Of a stretch of DNA of 53,015 nucleotides, positions 14,513 to 23,073 are shown piece by piece. The stretch comes from a virus. Lineage: Duplodnaviria; Heunggongvirae; Uroviricota; Caudoviricetes. Each line of letters opens with the position of its first letter. Position 1 is the stretch's first letter. The DNA lies in IMG/VR virus record IMGVR_UViG_3300029305_011445; one strand, 5' to 3'. The position numbers were made by a program, and so were the translations under genes. Under the pieces are notes generated by a model that worked only from the letters and a program-made list of their open reading frames with translations, did no database searches and was not told the origin of the DNA.

Positions 14513-14721
14513 AAATTTTCATCCCCTTTCATTTTCTATAACGTTTGTTTAATCCGTTTCGTAGATATAAGCTAATTTGCATTATATTCTTTCTTGTTTA
14601 TAAACTTTAGTTTGTTTTACATATATAAGGTCCAATTTACGTAGAAACGTAGAAATATTCAAAAACATCACATCCCATATTTAATATGTATCAAATACAA
14701 CAATTTAAAAGGAGAATAATT

Positions 14722-15537
14722 ATGACAAAAGAACAATTAAAAACACGTTTGCCTGGTGACATTATTTATTGTTGCAATCGGAACAGTCTTAAAATGACAG
14801 AATTTGATGTTGTTGCAACAGTAATTGAAAATAATCCAGCCAATGAACAAATTACATTAGACCGTGCTATTAAATATGGGAAACTGAGAATTAAAGGGGA
14901 CCACAATAATAATCTTATTACATTAGATTATGATAGTGTTTTAAAATATTACGAAATTATAAATCCGGCGTTTCGATCGTTACAAAAATATGTAGCCGAA
15001 AACGAATTAACTGATGAACAAAAACTTTATTGGGATTCCATTAATGAAATTTGCATCGATGATCGTTGGTTTTATGAAGATGTTGCGCTGTGGTGTTTAC
15101 AAAACAAAATCAAGGATGTTACAGATATTGGTTGTTATCTTGGTATGCAGTCAGAACTCTTTGTACCAAATGGTATCAAATACACTGGCGTCGAAGAATA
15201 TCCTGACACAACTATCCTTGCGCCATGTACTGTTTCGGAAAATTGTAATTTGATTCATGGTACTTATCCATGTAAACTGCCGCATGGTACTATGGCGATT
15301 AGTAATCTTTGTGTCGGATATTTATGTACCGGCGAAAACGTATATAAGACACTTGCTGAACAATTTGAATATCTTGTGTTAGATCGCGATGAAGAAAAAG
15401 ATTTAATCGAAGAATATTGGACCGAAATTTATCGTGGACATCATAACTCATATACAAGATCTTATCGTCTAAAATATCCTAATGAAACACAAAACGTTGT
15501 TACAAACATGATTGTTTATCAAAGAAAACGTGAATAG
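14722..15537 (+). CDS. Class I SAM-dependent methyltransferase-like protein
   Basis: VTDIGCYLG motif I and YTGVE motif II; AGGAG RBS before ATG at 14722. Confidence 0.6.
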   Translation: MTKEQLKTRLPGDIIYCCNRNSLKMTEFDVVATVIENNPANEQITLDRAIKYGKLRIKGDHNNNLITLDYDSVLKYYEIINPAFRSLQKYVAENELTDEQKLYWDSINEICIDDRWFYEDVALWCLQNKIKDVTDIGCYLGMQSELFVPNGIKYTGVEEYPDTTILAPCTVSENCNLIHGTYPCKLPHGTMAISNLCVGYLCTGENVYKTLAEQFEYLVLDRDEEKDLIEEYWTEIYRGHHNSYTRSYRLKYPNETQNVVTNMIVYQRKRE

Positions 15538-15561
15538 TAATTTTATTTATTGAACACAAGT

Positions 15562-15602
15562 AAAAAAAACGGATACCAAATCGGCATCCGTTTCTTTTTT
15601 TT
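15562..15602. terminator. Bidirectional terminator between convergent genes
   Basis: A-run aaacggatac...gcatccgttt T-run. Confidence 0.75.
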
Positions 15603-16336
15603 TACACGATGAATTTATCCATAGGTTTTAATTTGAACAAATTGGTTTCGTGTTTCTTGCGAATCAAATCATCTGTTTCTTTATTACCACTAGTTCCAAT
15701 ACGAATATACTGGTCTAAAGCTTCGTATGTGAAACCGAAGTTGTCTTCATCTGTTTTGCCACAAAGACCGTCTGCCGGGGTTTTGTCGACCAGGTGGTTT
15801 GGTAATTTTAAGTATTTACCAATTGCAACGACTTCTGTTTTTGTTAATCCACCTAATGGGGCAAAATCACCATCTCCGTCACCACCAATTGTAAAATATC
15901 CAATATAATCTTCAGATAAATTACAAGTATTTACCATACGACCATTTACGCACTGGCAAACAGCTCGAATGACTTTTGTTCGTTCACGTGGCGGTAAATT
16001 TTCTCGGGCTTGTTTTGTGATATATAATTCACAATCGTTTAAAACATTGTATGTAGCATCTACGCCGCTTTTAATGTTGATTGTCAAATTCGGGATACCC
16101 AAGATGTCGCAAACCTCTTTAGCGTCAGCAATATCGGACTGTTCACCATTCGGCAACATCAACCCGAGCACGCGATCTGGTCCTAAAGCCTTGACGCATA
16201 ATGCAGCTGCGACGGTAGAATCCTTTCCGCCTGAAATGCCCAATACAGCTTTACTTTTTGGCCCATTTTCTTCGAACCACATTTTAATCCAGTTAACCAA
16301 CTCATTGGTTACACGTTCGACATTGAATTTGTACAT
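15602..16336 (-). CDS. nadE: NH3-dependent NAD+ synthetase
   Basis: VLGISGGKDS, NLSE..GYFTIGGDG.GD, LTKTEV, KTPADGL; no glutaminase domain. Confidence 0.97.
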   Translation of the reverse strand: MYKFNVERVTNELVNWIKMWFEENGPKSKAVLGISGGKDSTVAAALCVKALGPDRVLGLMLPNGEQSDIADAKEVCDILGIPNLTINIKSGVDATYNVLNDCELYITKQARENLPPRERTKVIRAVCQCVNGRMVNTCNLSEDYIGYFTIGGDGDGDFAPLGGLTKTEVVAIGKYLKLPNHLVDKTPADGLCGKTDEDNFGFTYEALDQYIRIGTSGNKETDDLIRKKHETNLFKLKPMDKFIV

Positions 16337-16361
16337 ATACTAATCTCCATTCCTTTCGTCA

Positions 16362-17252
16362 TTAGAAAATCAAACTCGCTTTTGAATCCCATTTGCTATA
16401 CAAGTGACCATTTGGTCTTAAAATGAGATACTTAACAGCTGTTTTATTAACGCCTTGTGACATAGAGTCTTCATCAATTACTGTTGAAAATCCTTTGTAA
16501 TCATATCGATCGGCGCCATATTCAAGTGTGTCAAGATACTTACCATCAGCTTCCACCGCTGTTTTAAATGTCTCAATAAACCCATATGTAGGGAGTGTTA
16601 CATTTTTATTGATCCAGTCTGCTTGCGGTGTACCATCTTCTGATGTCCATAAAGCGCGACACGTAATCTGATCTGCACCAAATGTTTTGCAACGATTAAT
16701 AACAGCTTCCAATGCTACTGGCGCATCTTCTAATCCTGCAATCATTTTATCGTTCATGTTAAGACAGATACGAAGATTCATATTACGTTCTTTGATTTTG
16801 CCACAAAGTTTTTTAATCTTAAGATTTTTATCCGGTGTCTTAATCATGTTACGATTTTTCTTGTCATCATCAAGACATGCAACAGAAATAGCCATTGTTG
16901 TTACACCTACATCCTGTAAAAAATCTAACATGTCATCATCAATAAATGCTCCAGATGTCTGCATTTCGATATTAAGGAATGGATCTTTGAGTGACTTATT
17001 TACAACACCAAGAACGCGTAAGAAGTCTTTGTTTTGCTGCGGTTCATTGTTACCTGTAAGCATCAACGTGTTGCAGCCATTATCTCTGGCGTACTGAAGT
17101 CTTTTCTTCATATCCTCAATGTAACTCATAGTTGTTGCAATTGGTGTGAATCGATCTTCATAATCAGCACCATGCATTTTACTGCAACAAAACTGACAAT
17201 CATTAATACATTTTTTAGCCGGCACACATACCGATAGTGATTGAATATTCAT
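16362..17252 (-). CDS. Radical SAM protein of unknown function
   Basis: CINDCQFC (CxxxCxxC), LTGNNEP. Confidence 0.9.
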   Translation of the reverse strand: MNIQSLSVCVPAKKCINDCQFCCSKMHGADYEDRFTPIATTMSYIEDMKKRLQYARDNGCNTLMLTGNNEPQQNKDFLRVLGVVNKSLKDPFLNIEMQTSGAFIDDDMLDFLQDVGVTTMAISVACLDDDKKNRNMIKTPDKNLKIKKLCGKIKERNMNLRICLNMNDKMIAGLEDAPVALEAVINRCKTFGADQITCRALWTSEDGTPQADWINKNVTLPTYGFIETFKTAVEADGKYLDTLEYGADRYDYKGFSTVIDEDSMSQGVNKTAVKYLILRPNGHLYSKWDSKASLIF

Positions 17253-17442
17253 TTTTATTACTCCTTTTCTTTGTAATTATTTGATACAGAAATAAATATG
17301 GTATATATATTACTAAAATAAAAAGAAAATGCATCGGAAACATTTCGATGCATTTGTCTTTTATTCTTTACTTACCATTGAATCCTGATTTAACCAGTTT
17401 TATATTCTAAGCAGGTTGTATTAGCCCGCTTGGAACTTAAGA

Positions 17443-18651
17443 TTACTGATTGTTCATACGCCAATCGATGCAACGTTGCAAATATTCAACGTATTCAGGA
17501 TTTTTACACATACCTTTACCTGGTGTGTCTGAGATTTTTGCAACATCCTGTCCGTTACAAACTGTAACCTTCATAACGATATTAAGAGGTTTTACATATG
17601 TATCGTTTGAAATGTGTGTACCAATACCAAAGGCAACACGTGCGCGGTTATGAAAGTGATGGAAAATTTCGTCTGCTTTTTTAAAATCAAGACTGTCACT
17701 AAACAACAGAGTCTTTGTCATTGGATCAATACCAAGTGACTCATAATGTTCAATCATCTTTTCACCCCATTCAATTGGATCTCCACTATCGTGACGAACG
17801 CCTGAGAATAAGGTTGCATAGGTAAGCTGGAAATCTTTAAGGAAACAATCAGTTGTGATTGTGTCAGTAAGCGCCGTACCATTCAACACCCCGTACTCTT
17901 TCACCCATGCATCCAGAGCGTACCAGTTAGAGTATGCTGGATTGTGTTTATGGTTACCCTGGCCGGTACACATGATCCATTCATGTGCCATGGTACCAAC
18001 TGGTGTTAAGCCATACTTCTTTGCAAGATACACATTAGATGTACCAACAAATGTGGAACAACCATATTTTGTTTCAGCTAAGCGTTTTACGGCATATTCC
18101 TGTGCTTCAGCTGATAAACGGCGACGAAGGCCAAATTCGCTAAAGCTTGATAAACAATAAGATCCGCCAATAGCAATCTTCTTTAACTTTTCTTCGAAAC
18201 GTTCTTTGAAGCTCTCAAAAAGTTCATCATAATCATACATCATCCAGAAATATGTTTCATTTACGATAGCAAGAACTGGAATTTCATACATTGATGTATT
18301 AAGCCATGTCCCTTTTGCTTCAATAGATAATCCGCACTCAGCATCGGTTGTGATAGTGAAATCTTCGAAACGAGGCTGCCAGAGACGTAAGAAATCTACA
18401 TAAGAGCCTTTGATCCATCTAATCGAATCAAGATACTGTAACTCATCTTCTGTGAAACGAAGATTACAGTACGCTTTAATCTGTTCTTTGATTTCTTCCA
18501 CAATTGCCGGTGTAAAATACACATCTTTGTTACGGCATTTGAAAGTCCAAGTTGTTTTATAATCAGAAAACTGATGGAAAATTGCTTGGCCCATTGAAAG
18601 TTTGTACATATCCGTTTCTAACAGACTTGTAATGATTTGATTTAATTTCAT
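17443..18651 (-). CDS. pncB: Nicotinate phosphoribosyltransferase
   Basis: LLETDMYK, SEFGLRRR, GTSNV, GTMAHEW, RHDSGDP, FSDSL, FGIGT. Confidence 0.97.
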   Translation of the reverse strand: MKLNQIITSLLETDMYKLSMGQAIFHQFSDYKTTWTFKCRNKDVYFTPAIVEEIKEQIKAYCNLRFTEDELQYLDSIRWIKGSYVDFLRLWQPRFEDFTITTDAECGLSIEAKGTWLNTSMYEIPVLAIVNETYFWMMYDYDELFESFKERFEEKLKKIAIGGSYCLSSFSEFGLRRRLSAEAQEYAVKRLAETKYGCSTFVGTSNVYLAKKYGLTPVGTMAHEWIMCTGQGNHKHNPAYSNWYALDAWVKEYGVLNGTALTDTITTDCFLKDFQLTYATLFSGVRHDSGDPIEWGEKMIEHYESLGIDPMTKTLLFSDSLDFKKADEIFHHFHNRARVAFGIGTHISNDTYVKPLNIVMKVTVCNGQDVAKISDTPGKGMCKNPEYVEYLQRCIDWRMNNQ

Positions 18652-18828
18652 AATCATTTCTCCTTTTTCTTGTATAAGATATTTGAAACTTTATGTTTCA
18701 GTTACAAAAATAAATATGGTATGCAGAAATTGCATACTATCGCATTTAATAAATCAAACGATCTTTCGTTACGCATTGACGCCTTTAACAAGTTAAAGGA
18801 TATGATATATAAAGAGATACGAAGCAGA

Positions 18829-19266
18829 TTACTCCACTTCGTATTCGTAAAATTCTCGTAACGCATTTAATTTTTCACAAACACATGGCGTTCCATCTGA
18901 ATTCATAAGCATAGTAAATGTTGTTCCAAAACCTCGTGCCTCAACACCGCTTACTTCCTTTTCTGTATATAGATACATTATTCCCGTCTCTAAATCAACG
19001 ATTGTATACATATACAAATATTCGTAATTCAAATAAATTGACTCTTTTTCAATTGGGACGAAACGTACATTGCCAGATATTTTCATCAGAATTCCATCAT
19101 CGGAAAGCTCGAAAATCTTTTCTGTTTCAATTTCTTCAATCACTTCAATTACTTTGTTATTCTCATAATTGGTGTTTAATTCATTTTTAACAGTAGATGA
19201 TGATGTTTCACCACACCCTGTAACAAATATCATTGTTCCAATTAAAAATATGATTAATTTTTTCAT
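18829..19266 (-). CDS. Lipoprotein, DUF6440-like
   Basis: Lipobox FVTGC; IVDLETGIMYLY...TMLMNSDGTP. Confidence 0.65.
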   Translation of the reverse strand: MKKLIIFLIGTMIFVTGCGETSSSTVKNELNTNYENNKVIEVIEEIETEKIFELSDDGILMKISGNVRFVPIEKESIYLNYEYLYMYTIVDLETGIMYLYTEKEVSGVEARGFGTTFTMLMNSDGTPCVCEKLNALREFYEYEVE

Positions 19267-19366
19267 ATCACTTTATCTCCTTTTATTATTGTATAATATA
19301 TATAAGGTCCAAAATATTTCAAAACGAAGAAAAAAAATACACCAGATTACTGGTGTATTTTTCTGT

Positions 19367-19924
19367 TTAAATAATCTCTACCTGACACATTTTCATTGCT
19401 TCAATTGCTGTTTTGTGTGACTCTGGAGTTACGCATGCACATGCTTTTTCGATGACAACGATTTTTGTTTCCGGTACTGCTGCTTTTGCAAGCAATACGT
19501 TACTGATAACACAAATACCTGTACAAACACCACAGAAATGAATTTCGTCATAGTCAGCGAATTCAAATTTAAGTTTATGTGCCAAAATTTCAGAACCAAA
19601 TGTTGGTTTCTCAAGAGCTATTCCTTTTATATATTTAGACGCAGATGTTAATTTTGAAGTCTGATTTACAATTGCATCTTTAACGTCTTTCTGAATCTCA
19701 TAGCCTTTTGTTCCTCTGATACAATGTGGAACCGGTAAATTTCTACCTTCCTGTGTTTCCATGTAATTTTCGCCATGAGTATCCTGAGTCGTAATAATTG
19801 TATCATACTCACCTGATGCAATAAGCTTAATTACTTCCGGTACTGTTGCTGCACATTCAGCGTTTCCCAATGGTCCTGTTAAAAAATCGTTCTGCATGTC
19901 CACGATTACTAATGCTTTTTTCAT
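19367..19924 (-). CDS. pncA: Nicotinamidase (isochorismatase/cysteine hydrolase family)
   Basis: VDMQNDF, TQDTH, HCIRGT.G, GVCTGICV; located in the NAD cluster. Confidence 0.9.
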   Translation of the reverse strand: MKKALVIVDMQNDFLTGPLGNAECAATVPEVIKLIASGEYDTIITTQDTHGENYMETQEGRNLPVPHCIRGTKGYEIQKDVKDAIVNQTSKLTSASKYIKGIALEKPTFGSEILAHKLKFEFADYDEIHFCGVCTGICVISNVLLAKAAVPETKIVVIEKACACVTPESHKTAIEAMKMCQVEII

Positions 19925-19954
19925 ATTTTTATTTCCTTTCATTTTTACATAAGA

Positions 19955-20527
19955 TTAATTGTTATTGTTCATCATGTTTCGATAATATGGCACCGACATT
20001 AACTCGGCACGAAGCTTATCATACATTTTGTGAAGTCTCGGATTTACCAGTGCCATCCACTCCTCGCGGCGATCTTCAACCATGAGCTGTCTTAACATTG
20101 TTGCAGAAATTGGAAGCTCTGCTCTGTTAATGATAAGCTCAGTTGTATTCTTAAGATCTTCTTTCGCAAACCAACTGGAACGACTTTCATCGTTACCATA
20201 AATCATGATTTCCGGGTTCTTATAGATATAACGATGTACGTTATCTAATAAATAACGCCCCCATTCCGGACGGATATCGTCTTCGTTTGTCATATCTGCA
20301 AGACCGTAAATCATAATGTTTGGTGAATCCCCATAAATTTCTTTTAACATTTCTGTTCGGGTATTGATGTTAAGCGGATTTCTTTCGGTACCACATTCCT
20401 GTGAACTACCTACTAAAATAATCAAACGATCACATAACAACAAACCTGTATCAACAAGTTTTTCATGACCTTTATGAAACGTCTGGAATCTACCAACAAT
20501 TAATCCTGTATCGTATGGTTTTCCCAT
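19955..20527 (-). CDS. NMN/NaMN adenylyltransferase (NadM-like cytidylyltransferase fold)
   Basis: GRFQTFHKGH (HxGH), GS...RNP, PISATMLR. Confidence 0.9.
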   Translation of the reverse strand: MGKPYDTGLIVGRFQTFHKGHEKLVDTGLLLCDRLIILVGSSQECGTERNPLNINTRTEMLKEIYGDSPNIMIYGLADMTNEDDIRPEWGRYLLDNVHRYIYKNPEIMIYGNDESRSSWFAKEDLKNTTELIINRAELPISATMLRQLMVEDRREEWMALVNPRLHKMYDKLRAELMSVPYYRNMMNNNN

Positions 20528-20586
20528 ATTTTTACTCCTTTCGTTTGTTAATAAGTATATTTTATAACGTAATAAATATGGTACGG

Positions 20587-20868
20587 CTAACACAGTGTTT
20601 TCTTAATAATTTCATCAATTAAAACAATATCCTGTTTATAGCGATCTGAATTTACATCACCATGATCAATTGCTTCATATCTGGCATTCTGCATGGTTCT
20701 TAACTGTTGCAAAAACTGTTCATTTTTAGTAGTTTCGATACACTTTAATTCCATGTAACAAGGTGCATCTTTTTCATTTATAATGTTTAATACACAATTA
20801 CCGTCTCTGTGCCATTTACAGATACTTTTTAGTTCATTGTGAATACATAATGATTTATCAATATGCAT
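20587..20868 (-). CDS. Hypothetical protein
   Basis: 93-aa ORF, AAGGAG RBS. Confidence 0.75.
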   Translation of the reverse strand: MHIDKSLCIHNELKSICKWHRDGNCVLNIINEKDAPCYMELKCIETTKNEQFLQQLRTMQNARYEAIDHGDVNSDRYKQDIVLIDEIIKKTLC

Positions 20869-20886
20869 ATGTTTGTTCTCCTTTTA

Positions 20887-21675
20887 CTATAAATTTTCAC
20901 AAATATTGCAATCTCTACATTCATCTAAGTATTGCGCTGTTGCTTCTATAACTTGGTTATATGCGTCACGGAACTCGTCATACTTATCTTTTTTCATTTT
21001 AAGCTTTGGAACCTTTTCTTCAAATTCCGTTTTCTTTTTTATAACGGTTTGTTCCGGAATAACTTCATGAAAACTTATATAATCTTTGTACAATGTTAAA
21101 TTATATGTACATTGTTCATTTGGTACTATATATGGCTCGCACACATATTTAATCCGGAACTTTTCATTTTTGTCCATATTGTATCCATACACACTATGCT
21201 TTTCGCCTAAACGATTTTTCTCTAAACGAATATCAAGTTTCCCATTCATAATCAGGTGTAACATTTTTAGTCGCGGACTTGTATTATATACATAATCTGT
21301 ATTTAACAATCCTTCGACAGTCAAGTATCGCACCTGATATTCCAATACGTCACAAAGCCAATAGAATCGTTCCAATCCTAATATTAATTCTTTAAAACTT
21401 TTTGTACCGAGCAATTCATTAAATCCATTGTTGAAAAATAATTGACCTAATATCGATCCACAAAAGAAAAAGAAAAGGAACCTTCTAACATTTGGTTCTG
21501 AAACAAGTAATGCTGGAGTCATAATTAGAATACTAAAACCAAGCGTTTTCAAACATTTCATAATTACTTTTTTTGCAAAGACTTTTGGGGCATATGTATT
21601 ATTTCGAAATGAATTCATAAATTCTGTTACAATTTCTTCTTTTGTAATCTGAACGTCTATATTATCAATAATCAT
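20887..21675 (-). CDS. Membrane-anchored hypothetical protein
   Basis: Two hydrophobic segments near the N-terminus. Confidence 0.75.
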   Translation of the reverse strand: MIIDNIDVQITKEEIVTEFMNSFRNNTYAPKVFAKKVIMKCLKTLGFSILIMTPALLVSEPNVRRFLFFFFCGSILGQLFFNNGFNELLGTKSFKELILGLERFYWLCDVLEYQVRYLTVEGLLNTDYVYNTSPRLKMLHLIMNGKLDIRLEKNRLGEKHSVYGYNMDKNEKFRIKYVCEPYIVPNEQCTYNLTLYKDYISFHEVIPEQTVIKKKTEFEEKVPKLKMKKDKYDEFRDAYNQVIEATAQYLDECRDCNICENL

Positions 21676-21777
21676 TTGTGTTAACCCTTTCGTCACTCTT
21701 CTTTATTAAATAAGGGCCAAAACAATTTAAAACGAAGAAAACGCACCAGAAATATTCTGATGCGTTGAATTACTCCA

Positions 21778-22554
21778 CTATACAATTTCTAATCTTTTTC
21801 TTGTAATCGGTGTTTCAATTTTTTCAATTTTACCTTTAAGGAAATCTTTCAAGAAGGTCTTAGCAAATTCTTCATTCACAATTTCATACGCAATAAGAAG
21901 CTCTTTTGTAATTCTGAAATATTCCTTGTCTTCAAGTATCCATTCCCTATTTTTTTTAGGTATCTGATTTAAAAACCATGCTAATTCATCTCGTAAAATT
22001 GGTTTTAATTCCGGCATCTTACTTACAGCTTCTTTTAATGCCTTAACATAACGATGTAAGGCACAAGTTTCGAAATAGGATTCACCATCTTTTGCTAAAT
22101 GTCTATATTTAACACAATTCCAAATGTTACAGTAATATATCCAGTAATACTGAATAAACGGAATAGGCACTTTGTTTTGTGATTCTACTTTGGAACACAG
22201 ATATTTGTAACAGCCGATCCAATCGACGCTTCGCTCTATGCCATAAGTTTTAGGATCAAATCTAAATTTCTCAAACAAATTCTTAACATCTGCATAACTC
22301 ATAATTGCATTGATAAAAGGTTGAGCATCCATTGGATTTTCCATAATTTTGTCAAAAATAATATATGAATAATCTTTTTCGCAAAATCGCTTTGCAATTC
22401 TATAATATTGTTTCTGATATATTTCATTTTGAACTATTTTCTGTATCTTTTTTTCGTACCAATCATACAAAAACTCGGCATCGAATACAATGATACAAAT
22501 CATTAATGTACCTAAGCCCATAAGCAAGATTGATGAACAATCAATTGTTCCCAT
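21778..22554 (-). CDS. Hypothetical protein with N-terminal TM helix
   Basis: 258-aa ORF, GAGGGG RBS. Confidence 0.8.
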   Translation of the reverse strand: MGTIDCSSILLMGLGTLMICIIVFDAEFLYDWYEKKIQKIVQNEIYQKQYYRIAKRFCEKDYSYIIFDKIMENPMDAQPFINAIMSYADVKNLFEKFRFDPKTYGIERSVDWIGCYKYLCSKVESQNKVPIPFIQYYWIYYCNIWNCVKYRHLAKDGESYFETCALHRYVKALKEAVSKMPELKPILRDELAWFLNQIPKKNREWILEDKEYFRITKELLIAYEIVNEEFAKTFLKDFLKGKIEKIETPITRKRLEIV

Positions 22555-22573
22555 AACTTAATTCCCCTCTTTC

Positions 22574-22945
22574 TTAAATATGGAAAATCAAATAACACAG
22601 ATACAATATAGTTGGAATTACAATTGGAAGGTATAATGTAACGATACCAATTGCAAACATAATCTTTCTATTTCGAATCTTCTTTTCCAACTCTTTCCAT
22701 TCTTTACCATAAATTTTACTAGCAATAATTTCACCGGCTTTTACTTCTAAATCCGCCATAAATTTATTATAGACTTTTTTAGGGCCAACACACATTGCTA
22801 TAACAGCGATAACAACAACAACAATCATAGCCATTAAACTAATGGTTAATCCAATTGTTGTCAAATAATCAAGAAATGTGAAATCACGTCCGGTTTTAAT
22901 TGCTTCAAACAGTGCTTGTAACGATTCAAGATATTTTGAAATCAT
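22574..22945 (-). CDS. Two-TM membrane protein
   Basis: 123 aa, GGAGG RBS, two hydrophobic stretches. Confidence 0.8.
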   Translation of the reverse strand: MISKYLESLQALFEAIKTGRDFTFLDYLTTIGLTISLMAMIVVVVIAVIAMCVGPKKVYNKFMADLEVKAGEIIASKIYGKEWKELEKKIRNRKIMFAIGIVTLYLPIVIPTILYLCYLIFHI

Positions 22946-23073
22946 AATAAACTTCCTCCATTGTGCTTTAATGCATATAATTAGGGCCAGTTCCTCTTAA
23001 AACGTAGAAAAAAAAAGAAACTCAAACAAAATTTGTTTAAGTTTCCTTTCATTTTACTAAATTTAACGATTTG

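Noticed and set aside
16362-17252. Viperin assignment for the radical SAM protein
   Set aside because: Lacks the viperin-type NYHFTRxCNY context around the cluster motif
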